Source: Selaginella moellendorffii | Taxonomy: Eukaryota > Plantae > Lycopodiophyta | DNA: 64,000 bases | NCBI RefSeq assembly: GCF_000143415.4 | Contig: NW_003314430.1 | Coordinates: 110,620-174,619, forward strand | Direction of reading: 5' to 3' | Shown here: in pieces, positions 49,040 to 61,208 of the stretch | Layout: every line of letters begins with the position of its first letter | Position numbering within the stretch: the first letter of the stretch is position 1 | Made by a program: the position numbers and the translations under genes | Notes under the pieces: model-generated | The model's database searches: none | What the model was told of the DNA's origin: nothing | The model's input: the letters and a program-made list of their open reading frames with translations, nothing else

Positions 49040-49750
49040 GAATATGCTCTGCATCTCTCACCTCTGCATCCGCGACACCATTCCCCGCGCAGCAAGTGGC
49101 GCCACTTCCAAACGCTCCCCGAGGACATGGAGATTGTCAACTTCCGGCAGTTCTCCATCTTCGTGTGGCGCTACAGCGATCTCAACTCCTCCCCGGTGGG
49201 AGTTCCTTCGTCCACTGGCCAGCGACCGGACGTTTTTGGTGGTGTACAGCCGCGAGAGGGATCGATCAACGCCAGAGTTCTGCATTGCTAGCTTCGATAT
49301 GCGTTCGCTCTCGTTGTAAGTCTACGACTCGGCTAGGAGGGGCGACGATTGCCCAGAAAGATGGACTCATATGCCGGCGCTGGATCACGGTGAGATGGTG
49401 GCGTTTTGCCAAGAGGATCGCAATATACAACCTGTGGGATGGTTCTTGGCGAGTTTTTCGGGTTGATGCCAACGAATTGCTGGGATGTTCTATCAGGTGC
49501 TACCTTTGGCTAGATCGGTTTGGTGGTGAGCGAATTCGATGCTGGTGAGTTTCACGATAGCAGAGGGAGTGCTCGTCGCCAAGAGGCAGGGAGAGAAGTG
49601 GGAGATTGTGTTTTATGGTGAGGACATTGTGAATTTGTGGGTCGAACAGTGTTTGGGTGGTTAACATGGCCAACTCGTTTATCTTGCACTTTGGAATCGT
49701 GGATGAGCCTGATGGAGTTCGAAGAGGAGTAGAGCAGCTTGCTTGGTTCT
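49040..49750 (+). pseudogene. F-box family pseudogene (paralog of 61359-62303)
   Basis: Nucleotide matches such as TGTGGCGCTACAGCGAT-TCAACTCCTCCCCGGTG and GGTGTACAGCCGCGA-AGGGATCGATC; YNLWDGSW; stops and frameshifts. Confidence 0.75.
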
Positions 49751-50112
49751 CTTGTTAAGTATACTTTTCCTCTTTTCAAGTAAAACCGGAGCAAGAAACT
49801 GGGCCTCGGTCTGCTCAATTCTTCGTTTTGTGGCATTAATGCGGGGCTTAGTCCCTTTATTTTAGATGCGAACGTTAAGAGACCCAAGGTGTAATCCGAA
49901 ACTCGTGAAGATCCAACAAGCAGCCTCGAGAGAAAAAAAGAGAACATCCAACAAGAGCACTCTTGGCACCTTTAAAGGTGGACAGACTTTGTACTTTAAG
50001 TGTCCTTCACAAAGATAAGGTTTCTTTTTCCTGCTGCTGGATCATCTTGTCAAGGCACGCCAACGATGCAAAGTTTTGAGTAACCTTTGTGTGATGCTCC
50101 AGCTCCAGTATG

Positions 50113-51593
50113 TTAAACCTCAGCTTTACCCGCAAGTGGAACAGTCCCATTGACAGTCCGGTGCCTGGGATTGGTTAATCTCGAGCAAACGCAAATGAAT
50201 CCCGCCTCGCGCATTGCCTCTTCCAGATCCAAGCCATAGTAGTCATCCAACCAAGGCTCGGTGGACTTTTGAAGTGTAAATAACACCGGTGGCAGGCTTT
50301 GCAGAATTTTAGACTTCGGCTGCAACAACAAAGAGATTCAAGTTACTGTGGACTGATAAAAGAAAGAGAAAAGAACATACTGAATTGTCTGTGATTGCAA
50401 TTGTGCCTCCCGGTTTGAGAATCCTATATGCCTCTTTTAGAAGTCCCTTAGTCGCATGAACCGCACACTCGTGGATCTAAGCACAATGTCTTTCGTCAGC
50501 TGGTTCTATGAAAGAAAAGCAAGTTTCACGTACCACATACGCAATGGACACTATGTCAAAGGTGCATGAAGGAAATCCTGTGTGTTCGCCATTTGCGTGA
50601 CGCCAGCGGATGGGATTCCTTTGGAGCTTGCCATCAGCAATCCGCTGCTTCTCTTTGTGCTGGGCAACGGCAAGGAAATAGGGGGATAAATCTAGCCCCT
50701 GGAAGCCATCGTTAGCAAGAGAACGAAAACTATCTACTAGAAAGGAACACACAGTGACTTGAGCAGAAGGAAAAGCTTCAGCAAGGTAGATTGTGCTCAA
50801 ACCAACCGAACATCCCACGTCTAAAACTTGAGAGACTGGGAGGACCGAGTTCTGGCTATGGTAGCTCTCAAGTGCTCTTATCCAGTTTCCCCTGAGCACT
50901 TCTAGCGCTTCTTCCGTGGTTTCTGCGGCTGGAAGCGTCCGCCTGACCATCGACATTGTGGCTACCTCAGCTTCGGAAGCTGCCTGATACATGATCCTGG
51001 TTTTGTAGCTATCAGTCACGAAAGAAATAAAAAAAAAGTTCGTGCGTGAATCTCACCTCCCAGCAAAGGTTGCCTTTGGTATAAGCATGGAACTTCTGGA
51101 GATAATCTAGAACGAACAAAACCGTAAACACTTGAAAGCTTCTCTAGCTGGAAAGAAGAACTTACACTCGGGATACACGATCGACTTGTTCTCAACCAGC
51201 TCCTTCTCTGCTCTTATTTCTTCCGAGTTAAGGATTTGCGAGGACAAACTTCTCCATGGAATTCCCTTCTTCTCTGCAGTCCTGGATGCTACAAGAAAAA
51301 AGAATGAATCTCAATACAAATCTTCCAAAGCTTTACCGAAGGAAAACCTGGCGCCCCGCGAATTGCATCGCAGCAAAGAGCGGCCCAATGGAAATGAGCC
51401 CACTTACAAGCCTGGATAAGGGCTCGTCGCCACTGTACCTCGGCTGCTTCAATGCGCCCTCCTCATACGGGCCACGCCTCCAATCGTTGGCCACTGCTCG
51501 TGAAATGTGGCTCAATCTGCTACTCCCTCTCAGCTGGAAATGAAAATCGCCTCTCCCAATCGACGCAACGCCGCAGACACACGCGGAACTCAT
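50113..51593 (-). CDS. Class I SAM-dependent methyltransferase, probably plastid-targeted (multi-exon)
   Basis: Transit-like N-terminus; YLQKFHAYTKGNLCWE, AEVATMSM, VLDVGCSVGLST (motif I), GLDLSPYFLAVA, FDIVS, STEPWLDDYY, PRHR. Confidence 0.85.
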
Positions 51594-52479
51594 GGTTAAA
51601 GCCCAAGAACCCTAAAATACCAGAGCTGAGATCATCGTGTGAAGTTACATTTCGCTGGCTAGAGAATGTTCTTAGATTATTGTTGAAATCGGCCACGATG
51701 CTCGTCTCAGCTGCTCGTCCCAGATCGCAATGGAGGCCTTCACTGGATCTGCGGGATAACCGAACATCCTGTGAAGAATCACAAATATTGTGCAATCAGG
51801 AATTCACATCAACAATCTACTGGATTTTTATAGTTACTTGGATTGTTGTTTCAAGATAGAAATGGGTTTCTAAACGCTACCAACAAAAGTCACAAGAATT
51901 GCTTCATTTCATATCTGAAAATGTAAACAATTCTTGAAACTTCTGGACGTTTAAGACTTTCAGATATTTAAGAGGTGAAAGAGGGCAAGATGGATTTGTG
52001 GGGAAAAGAGGATTTAAATGCTACAATAGGAAGAGAGCTACAATGACAAGATTGATCAAACATAGAATTTCTCAAGAACAACCCGTAGAGGAGAAGAGTA
52101 AATATACCTATCAATGGTTGAATTACAAAATATTTCAAGGGTTGGGTTGAACTACAAAGATCATCTCTTTGCAAGCTTTAGTCATCCATGAAGTTTTCTA
52201 GAATTTGGGTAAAACAATTTCAAGGTCTTAATCAAAGAGATTTAAAACAATTTGTAGTTTGAACTAATTTAAACCCATTGAATACTTGTTTGACATGCAA
52301 ATAGGTAAATCTAGTTTTCTCCTCTAGGGGTCTTCTTGAGAACTATGCTTGACCGTTGTAACTATCTTCCCATTCTAGCATCCTCTTTTCCCCATCCATC
52401 TGGAAGCCTCTTTTAAATATCCAGAAGCCTTACACATTTTCAGATCTAAAATCTAGAAAAAATTATATTTTCAACTACA

Positions 52480-52859
52480 CTTTCAAGCTTCCTGGGAACT
52501 GTATTAGTCCCACGATGTCAGATCTACAGAGATGTTATATAACTCCATCAATAACTTGCAACTATGATGCTTCTCTTCGCAGCCTTCTTGACGGCACACG
52601 GCTGCTGCTAGTGCTTCTCAACCACGGCTTGTTTCCGTCGCTCAAAAAGAGCTGCTATCTTCCTGAAGAGAGATTAAAAGCTTAAGAACCGAAAAGATAG
52701 AGAACAATAGAAAACTCACCTGGATGTTCCCTTGGATTTGCAACTTTTTCTTGATTCAATTTCCCTCGCCTCTCTGGCTGATTCCTCTTTACTGTCTTGT
52801 TGCAGCTCCTCTTTTTTCCGCTGCTCCTGACACACGAAAGACAAGAATAAACATCGCCT
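52480..52859 (-). pseudogene. Orphan duplicate of the last exons of the AKAP17A-like gene
   Basis: Matches 55640-56084 (e.g. CGCTCAAAAAGAGCTGC, GCAGCTCCTCTTTTTTCCGCTGCTCCTG, GAAAGACAAGAATAAACA). Confidence 0.85.
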
Positions 52860-52999
52860 CGTTATATGTCGGTTCGTTTCCTCATCACTTCCATTTGTTT
52901 TAGTCCCTTTGTTAAATGTAGAGGGTAACAACTGATTATTTGATGTAAGACCCAAGGTGTTAAGAGAAAAAGATCAAGGTGGACAAACTTTGTAATTAA

Positions 53000-54260
53000 G
53001 TGTCCTTCAATCAAGTGGAACAGTCCCTGTGCCTGGGATCAGTTAATCTCGAGCAAATCTAATGAATCCTGCCTCGTGCATTGCCTCTTCCAGATCCAAG
53101 CCAAGGCTTGGTGGACTTTTGAAGTGTAAATAACACAGGTGGCTGTGGAATGATAAAAGAAACAGAAAGGAACATACTGAATTGTTTGTGATTGCAATTG
53201 TGCTCCCGGTTTGAAAATCTTATATGCCTCTTCTAGAAGCTCTTTATTCACATTAACCGGACACTCATGGATGTAAGCACAAGGCATCTTTCGTCATCTG
53301 GTTCTATGAAAGAAAAGCAAGTTTCACTTACCACATACGCAATGAACACCACTATGTCAAAGGTGCGCGAACGAAGGAAATCCTGTGTGTTCGCCATTTG
53401 CATGCTGCCAGCAGGGGGTTCCTTTGGAGCTTGCCATCAGCAATCTGCGCTTCTCTTTGTGCTGGGCAACGGCAAGGAAAGGGGGATACTGGAAGCCATC
53501 GTTAGCAGGAGAACGAAAACTATTTACTAGAAAGGAACACTTAACATCCCACGTCCAAAACTTGAGAGACTGGGAGGACCGAGTTCTGGCTATGGCAGCT
53601 CTCAAGTGCTCTTATCCAGTTTCCCTGAGCACTTCTAGTGCTTCTTCCGTGGTTTCTGCGGCTGGAAGCGCCCATCTCACCATCGACATTGTGGGTACCT
53701 CAGCTGCCTGACACCGCAGACATGATCCTGGTTTTGTAGCTATCAGTCACAAAAGAAATCAAAGAAAGTTCGTGCGTCACCTCCCAGCAAAGGTTGCCGT
53801 TGGTATAAGCGTGAAACTTCTGGAGATAATTTAGAAACGAACACAACCATAAACACTTACACTCGGGATACACGATCGACTTGTTCTCAACCAGCTCCTT
53901 CTCTGCTCTAATTTCTTCCGAATCAAGGATTTACTCCTCCATGGAATTCCCTTCTTCTCTGCAGTCCTGGATGCTACAAGAAAAAAGAATGAATCTCAAT
54001 ACAAATCTTTCAAATCTTTACCGAAGGAAAACCTGGCGCCCCGCGAATTGCATCGCAGCAAAGAGCGGCCCAATGGAAATGAGCCCACTTACAAGCCTGG
54101 ATAAGAGCTCGTACCTCGGCTGCTTCAATGCGTCCTCCTCATACGGGCCGCGCCTCCAATCGTTGGCCACTGCTCGTGAAATGTGGCTCAATCTGCTACT
54201 CCCTCTCTGCTAGAAATGAAAATCGCCTCTCCCAATCGAGGCAACGCCGCAAGATCATCG
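53000..54260 (-). pseudogene. Degraded duplicate of the SAM methyltransferase gene
   Basis: Collinear with 50130-51580 but carries several deletions (motif I region lost) and frameshifts. Confidence 0.88.
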
Positions 54261-54954
54261 TATTTCTCTGGCCAAGTACATGGAGAATATTCTTACCGTG
54301 CCGCCACGATGCTCATCTCAGCTGCTCGTACACCAGGAGTCCCAGGCGTGCCGCGAGAAGCCATGGGATCCGCGCGCCAACCGAACAGCCTGTGAAGAAT
54401 CACAATTAAGCTTTCATGAAAAGCTTGGATGAATCTTGTTTCTTATGCAATCAAGAATTGGGAATAGGATGGAATGTTGTTTCAAGGTAGAAATGGGTTT
54501 TTAAACGCCTATGCAGAATTCGACACGTGCAGAAGTTGCAAGAATCGCTTCATTTTCAGATCTGAAAATGTAACGATTCTTGAACTTCTTCACGTTAAGA
54601 CTTCTGGATATTTAAAAAGGAGTTCAAGTTGTGAGCGGTTGCACAGGGGGGAAAGAGCCCACCAATGGAGTTCTGACTAAGATGGAGCTGCTGTGCAGAG
54701 GGAAAAAAAAAACATCAAGAGGATTTACGATGGGAAGAGAGCAATTAGAATGGTGTTAGAGAGCAGCATCAAACGCCACCACTTGAGTGTGTTTCCTCGC
54801 AATGGAATCAGAGAGGCCAAGAAGCTCCACAAGTGATTTTAAAGTGTGAATTTGCTAGCCTAGACTATCTACAACGACAAGCGTGGAGTTTCTCAGGAGA
54901 GGAGAACTATTTGCATGCCAAACCAATGCAGTGCGGCATTATATAATTCAACGA

Positions 54955-55150
54955 GTTTGGATTACAAAATATCCCATGGGTTGAATTACAAAATATTTCA
55001 AGATTCTAACTACAAGTGTTCCAAAAAGATTCAAACTACAAAATGCTCCATGGGTTAACTAGAAAATGTACCAAGGCACAAACTACAAATGTTTCATGGT
55101 TGAATTATAAAATATTTCACAGTTTGAATTACAACATTTTGTAGTTTGAA
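54955..55150 (+). repeat. Degenerate minisatellite (GAATTACAAAATATTTCA-like, ~24-bp period)
   Basis: About eight variant A(A/T)(T/C)TACAAAAT units; a shorter version sits at ~52115-52160. Confidence 0.55.
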
Positions 55151-55712
55151 CTTTGGAAATTTTTTTAGTTTGAACATTCAAACATTTTCCAAAGGAACAG
55201 CCCATATGCATTGCCTCTCTTTGCAAGCCTTAGTCTCTAGAATCTATGTGAAAACAATTTCAAGGTCTCAATCTCTCCCATGCATAGTGACACCAATCTC
55301 CCCAAAGCCAAGCATGGATATAGTGACACCAAATCTCCAAATCTTCCAAAGCTTTAACTTCCTTTCTAGTGGACACAATTGCTCTTCCATGTTCTATTGT
55401 CCAGGGACAAAATCCTTCCCAAGCAAGTTAATCAACACACAAACTAGAAAAGATGTACTTTCAAACTTGAAAGTAAGCATGAAAGTATAGGTGAAAAATT
55501 GCATTTTTTCTTCAGCTTAACTGGGAAGGATCTGATATGGACAAGGAATGGGTGCTGTGCTCTGTCCCTGGAAAAGAGAACATACTTATAGCACCCAAGA
55601 AAGAGTTAACAACAGCCAGGGAGAACACTTATATACTTCGACAATTTCAAGCTTCCTGGGAGAATATATTAATCCCATGATGTAAGATCTACAGAGATGT
55701 TATATAGCTTCA

Positions 55713-57599
55713 TCAGTTACTTGAAACTATGATACTTCTCAGCCTTCTCGATGGCACGCGGCTGTTGCTTGTGCTTCTCGACTCTGGCTGCTCGACTAAA
55801 GGCCACGGCTCGTTTCCCTCGCTCAAAAAGAGCTGCCATCTTTCATGCTCAATCCTGAAGAAAGATTAAACAGCTTAAGAACCGGAAAGATAGAAAATTT
55901 AGGAGAAAACTCACCCGGATGCTCCCTCGGATCTGCGACTTTTCCTGGCCTCAGCTTCCCTCTCCTGCCTCTCTCGCTGATTCCTCTTTACCTCGTCTTG
56001 CTGCTTTCGCAGCTCCTCTTTTTTCCGCTGCTCCTGGGAGACATGGCCTTTAGTACACACGAAAGACAAGAATAAACACCGCCTTGCCTGTTCCTCTAGC
56101 AGCTTTCTCGTTGCCTCCCGAATCTGTCGGTTCTTTTCCTCAACAAGCTTCAAAGCGGCCTCTTCTTCCCGCTTCCGTCGCTCCTATGCACACACGAAAA
56201 ACAAAAGAAAATTCAAGGACGTGGAGAAAGAAAAGAAGAAAAGAAGACGACGAACCTCTTCTAATCGCCGCTGTTCTTCCAAGATCCGAAGCTGCTGCAA
56301 TCGCTCCTCCTCTTCCTCGTTTCGCCGCCGCTCCTCCTCTTCCCTAACACCACACCAGTTTCCTCGCGTCAAGCCGCACACACCATTTGCAAAACCTGAA
56401 CATCCAGTCAGCTTAGCAAACACTAACTACGGCAATCCGGCTATGGTCTGTCTCACCTTTGAGCTTGCTCAGCAGCTCTGGCTAACCTTTCCGCTTCCTC
56501 GGCCGCCGCCGTTCGCATCTCCTCCGCCAGCCGCTCTTCTTCTGCGAGCCTAGCCTCCTCAGCAAGTCTAGCCTCTTCCGCTCTCCTAGCCTCCTCTGCC
56601 TTTCGTGCTTCCTCGGCTTTTCTCTGTTGCTCCGCCACCTTCTGTGCTTGAGCTAGCCGAGCGTCGTTCGCAAGCTTCAGTGCGTGTTCTTTATCAAAAC
56701 GCCGCTTTCGTATGTTCATAGGACTGAAGAACAAGCTATTGTCCCACTCCAACAGATAATTGGCTTTGAAACTTGAACCGTCCTGCGTATACCACCGTGA
56801 GTACCAACGACAAGAGGTTACTAAGAAGTCTCACCTTTTGCATTGAGCGGCCACACAGTGCCTCCACTGCGTTGTAAAATCCAGAATACTTTTCATATTG
56901 GATCCATACGTTGCACTGTAGCGATGAAGTTTTCCCAGTGTCACTCTCGTTCACAATCTCCAAGTTTCTGCAAAGAAGAAGATTAGAACCGGTTGTAGAA
57001 CAATAGACTACGACCAACCTGAGTTTCCCAAACTTGGAGAAGACTGTGTGAGTTACTAGCACAGATGCTTGAGTAGAAACGCGTGGCTCAGCAAACCACC
57101 GAGAAGGCAGTCCCTTTAAAACCAAAGTATCTGGAAAGTTGGAGCTATGATCTGAAAGAAACCGAAAAGAATAGATCAAGAATCCTCCAAACAACTGAGA
57201 GAACTTACCAGAAACATCACTGCCAAAGACCGTCTCCCACGAAGATCGCAATGCCGCAAAGCTATCCTTCTCATCGAACTGGACACCACAACGCAGCTTG
57301 GCTCCACCGATGATAAACTCGACACCATCAAGAGCTCCAACACAGCTCTTCCTAGCAAGCTCCACTTGAGAATCCCACACAAAGAGCTCCCAAGTCACTG
57401 CCTCCTCCTCCACTCTACACTTGACAAGATCCTTCTCTCCAAGCTCCACTTTCAAGCTCTTCCTCACGACACTCCTCACCCATTCCTTGAGCAGCCACTC
57501 ATCGATGTGCTTCACAGCGGATCTCCCAAGCCGCCGAAAGACGAGGAACAATCTCACCCGCGGTAGCAGCGCCAAGCCGTGCTCCAAGCGCTCCGCCAT
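55713..57599 (-). CDS. AKAP17A/XE7-like (plant ZCW7-like) splicing-associated protein (multi-exon)
   Basis: LLPRVRLFL, IDEWLLKE, PDTLVLKGLPSRWFAEPRVS, VTHTVFSKFGKLRNLEI, IQYEKYSGFYNAVEALCGRSMQK; E/R/K coiled-coil tail ending RLRSIIVSSN-stop. Confidence 0.82.
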
Positions 57600-57653
57600 G
57601 GCTCTCTCCTCGCTCGATCAATCCCTAGCCAAGTAGGGCAAAATAAAAGCCCT

Positions 57654-59660
57654 ATGAGAAGAACTCCCGGCAATGAATCGAATCGATTGAAGCAGGAGCT
57701 CGCGTGCTTGATCAAGAGCTGTGGCGAATCCCGCGATTTGGATCGCGCGCGCCAGGCCCTCGGGGCAATCGGGTCGACCGCTCACAAGCACAATCGCTGC
57801 CTCGCCAATCTGGCCGTGGAGATGTTTGGCAAATGCGGCAGCGTGGACGATGCCCAGGCCACATTCGATAGCATCGCGGACCCAAACCTCTTCTCCTGGA
57901 ACATCCTCACGAGAGCTTATGCCCTAAATGGGCATCTGGAGAAAGCCAAGGAGATCTTCGATCGAATGCCCTCACGAGACGAGATAACTTGGACAGATCT
58001 AATCCGGGCGTTTGGCGATCATGGAGTGATCGAGCAAGCTAGAAATATCTTCGACCGAATGCCCAGATGGGACGTAGTAGCGGCGACGTGCTTGCTCACC
58101 GCAAATGCCCAAGCTGGGCATTTAAAATGTTTGAAGTGTTTGTTTGATTCTTTGCCCCGCAGAGACATCGTGTCTTGGAACGCCACTCTCGCCGGCTATA
58201 GATCAAATGGCTGCGTCGCCGAATCGATGGAGCTCCTCGCAAGGATGCCGCAGCACAATGCCTTGTCGTGCACTGCCGCGATCGCGGCATGCGCCGAGAA
58301 TCATCGCCTGGACGACGCTAGGGTTCTATTTGATCGAATGCCATTCGCGACGGCGCTGGCATCCACGATCCTCGTCTCGTCCTACGCGCAGGCCGGGCGG
58401 ATCGACGATTCCAAGAGCGTCTTCGATCGATTGGAGGCCCGGACGGTGGTGTCGTGGAACGCGATCTTCAATGCCTACATCCACACGGGGCGATTCGCCG
58501 ATGCCAAGAGGGCTTTCGATCGAATGCCAGCGCGGGACGCGATCTCCTGGAACGCGATGATCGCAGGCTACTCCCAGTATGGATTTCTCGAGGAATGCGT
58601 AGATCTCTTCCACGCAAGCCCCCATTCCAGTGTGGTTTCCTGGACGGCTATGGTGGTCGCGTGTGCCGAGGGCGGGCAGCTCGATCGCGCAGAGCAGGCA
58701 TTCCGATCGATGCCAGCGCGCGATATCGTCGCCTGGAATGCGATCGCGGCGGCGATGTTCGCTGGAGGGGATCTGGAGCGCGCGAGATCGGCAGTGGATC
58801 GGATGCCCAGGCACAACGTCTCGACCTGGAACGCGATCGTCACGGGCTACGCTCTCGCCGGGGATCCCATCCAAGCCAAGGCGATCTTCGATGCGATACG
58901 ATGCCGGAATTCCTTCTCCTGGAGCGCTCTCCTCCAGTCATCCTCTCACGACCTCGATCTCTCTCGCGCGCTCTTCGATCGCATCCCAGCGAGGGATCCA
59001 GCGTCCTGGAACGCGATAATCTTCGCGCACGCCCGGCTGGGGCATCTGGATCGAGCAAAGGCGCTGTTCGATTCAATGCCGGGGGAGGACTCCGCGATCG
59101 CAGCCTGGACTTCGATGGTCACGGCGTACGCGCGAGCCGGGCGAGTGGATCTAGCAAAGGAGCTCTTCGATCGATCGAGGGTGCCAAGCCCAGTTCTTTG
59201 CAATGCGATGATCGCAGCATATGCCCAGAATGGGCATCACCGGGAGGTGTTCCAAGGGCTTGTGGAGATGAGCTTGCGAGGGATTAGGGCAGACACCATC
59301 ACATTCGTTCTCCTCCTCATGGCGTGCAGCCATCGCGGCCTCGCAGACAAGAGCCGCGATTTCTTCGTGGCTATGGTGGCGGATTACGGCGTGGCGCCCT
59401 GCTCGGAGCATTACAACTGCGTGGTGGACGCGCTAGGGCGATCTGGGCGTGTTCTTGAGGCGGAGGATCTCGTCGCAGCGATGCCAATCTTGCCGCACAG
59501 CACTGCTTGCAGATCGCTCCTTGGCGCTTGCCGGATCCACGGCGAGATGGAAATGGGGCAGCGCGCGGCGCGCGGGGTGATTGGATTGGAGGAATCGTCC
59601 GGGGTTTCATCCGACTTCGTGCTCCTCTCAAATATCTATAGCGCTCTTCATTGGCAGTGA
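57654..59660 (+). CDS. PLS-class pentatricopeptide repeat protein with E domain (organellar RNA editing factor type), intronless
   Basis: Many FDRMP..D.VSWNA repeats; HYNCVVDALGRSG, LLGACRIHG, VLLSNIY; no DYW domain. Confidence 0.92.
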   Translation: MRRTPGNESNRLKQELACLIKSCGESRDLDRARQALGAIGSTAHKHNRCLANLAVEMFGKCGSVDDAQATFDSIADPNLFSWNILTRAYALNGHLEKAKEIFDRMPSRDEITWTDLIRAFGDHGVIEQARNIFDRMPRWDVVAATCLLTANAQAGHLKCLKCLFDSLPRRDIVSWNATLAGYRSNGCVAESMELLARMPQHNALSCTAAIAACAENHRLDDARVLFDRMPFATALASTILVSSYAQAGRIDDSKSVFDRLEARTVVSWNAIFNAYIHTGRFADAKRAFDRMPARDAISWNAMIAGYSQYGFLEECVDLFHASPHSSVVSWTAMVVACAEGGQLDRAEQAFRSMPARDIVAWNAIAAAMFAGGDLERARSAVDRMPRHNVSTWNAIVTGYALAGDPIQAKAIFDAIRCRNSFSWSALLQSSSHDLDLSRALFDRIPARDPASWNAIIFAHARLGHLDRAKALFDSMPGEDSAIAAWTSMVTAYARAGRVDLAKELFDRSRVPSPVLCNAMIAAYAQNGHHREVFQGLVEMSLRGIRADTITFVLLLMACSHRGLADKSRDFFVAMVADYGVAPCSEHYNCVVDALGRSGRVLEAEDLVAAMPILPHSTACRSLLGACRIHGEMEMGQRAARGVIGLEESSGVSSDFVLLSNIYSALHWQ

Positions 59661-59696
59661 GGGTTTAGGGTTTTTGGGGATAGCGCTGGCAATAAC

Positions 59697-60295
59697 AGTG
59701 AGTCGCGCTACGCCGGCTGTGTGATCTTGCACGGATGACATCGAGGAGGCCTATCGTCTCATTGTTCTCACGCTGGTAAGATTCTAGCCAAAGTTCTTAG
59801 TGTTCTTATTGTGTGCTTGGCAGACGCATCCGGAGTATAGGCCCAGTAAGAATGCGCACTTGGTTCCACCGTTTTGTGGATCGGACCTGGTGTTCAGCTC
59901 GAGGCAGTGGAGCAGCCATGTCGTTGGTAAGTGTACCGCTTTGTTTCCAAATGGTTCTCTCATTTTACTCTTTGTTCTAGGACGAGTAAGTCACTGGATG
60001 GCGATGACGATATTGCTCGTCCCGATTCGGAGCTTGTGTTGAAGAAGGAGCTTAGCTGGGCTGCGCATCTATCAGTACAGGTTTGTGTTTGTTTGTGGAC
60101 TTGCCGTTCTTACCAGGCGTGTTTATTTCCAACTCCGAAGGTATTTGGCTGTGCAAACTATGCGAGGTGCGTCAATCAGGTTCTCCAAGGCCTGGGGAGC
60201 AGGATGGTTTTGGATCCTAAGAGGTTTCTTTCAGCTATGGCTTAGATTGCCATTGCAATTTGAGGAGGCAGAGCTGAAGATGCTACATATCTGGT
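59697..60295 (+). pseudogene. PRMT5: PRMT5 (SKB1) N-terminal fragment with introns, frameshifted
   Basis: SESRY, YRPS, PFCGSDLVFSSRQWSSHVVG, DSELVLKKELSWAAHLSVQ, ACLFPTPK, CANYARCVNQVLQGL, LWLRLPL match the plant PRMT5 TIM-barrel region; no methyltransferase domain follows. Confidence 0.8.
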
Positions 60296-60953
60296 AAGCA
60301 TTGGTTTTGTTCGTGTTTCTTCAATCTGTGATTGCTTCCGGAGAGTCAGTAAACCGGTTTGTGATTCAATGGGGAATGGTGGCATATGTTTTGTACCCTT
60401 TGCGAGTATCATAAGATTGTCTTTACAGTCCACTTGTACCCAACTGAGGAGTATGGGACTCTAAACTACATAAACTCGTAACCAGCGGGGCGTGCCGCTC
60501 GACATCACGTATGTTTCACTGTATATTCATTCATTATCCGCGGGGATCCTTTCAGAGCACCACTCGTTGGATTGGAGAACCGTTAAAAGGCCCGCTATCC
60601 TCCATTCAAGTGTAAGTGCATAACACAAAGTGGCGATTTCTAATAGCAGAGTCACGAGAGTCCGATTACAATGCTGTTTAATCGCTCAGTGCAGGTTTGC
60701 TGCCCGTGTTCCACAGTTGACCATTCAATACTTTCACAGGTCATTGAGTCATATCGTTCAGTTGGTGTGTTTGAGTAAGCCAGCAACGCTTTTTCTTCCA
60801 CGAATTGTGGTCAACCTTCTAGATCCTAGAAACAACTGATCCACTTTGATGAAGTGTACGCTATTCCACGTTAGTTTGCTTTATTTAGATAAATACCTTT
60901 TGGACGTTGGGTATATCAGTCACGCACGGACTAGGGTTTCCGTAATAGTCTAA

Positions 60954-61208
60954 ATGTCTCAAGCAGTGCTGTCGCTCCAGGGGAACCATGCAGAGCTCAC
61001 GCCCGCCCATGAAGGAGGCCCCACCCGAGAAGATTTCAAGAGGGCAAGTGGGATCAAACTGCGCTGCAAGACTTGTGGCGAGCCCTCCAGTTTTATTGAT
61101 TTTAACAATCACAAGATCACGCAGCCGCGATACAATTGTAAGGCCTGCCGTTTTACTGTCCAGTTAAGGGACGAGAATCTCTTGAGGGAGCTTCGTCTGA
61201 TCGATTAA
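60954..61208 (+). CDS. 84-aa protein with a divergent Dof-like C2C2 zinc finger
   Basis: CKTC-x20-CKAC containing F..FNN....QPRY, compared with the Dof consensus CPRC-x21 (FCYYNNY...QPRHF)-CKAC. Confidence 0.55.
   Translation: MSQAVLSLQGNHAELTPAHEGGPTREDFKRASGIKLRCKTCGEPSSFIDFNNHKITQPRYNCKACRFTVQLRDENLLRELRLID

Noticed and set aside
54955-55150. Regularly spaced repeats (also 6500-6690) as a CRISPR-like array
   Set aside because: Degenerate tandem units without unique spacers, eukaryotic context and no cas genes.
57654-59660. Frequent CGATCG/GCGATCGC (cyanobacterial HIP1-like) words in the PPR gene and (GATC)n runs near 5045, 5870 and 8135
   Set aside because: Explained by recurrent FDR/AIA codons and simple microsatellites; no sign of cyanobacterial origin.
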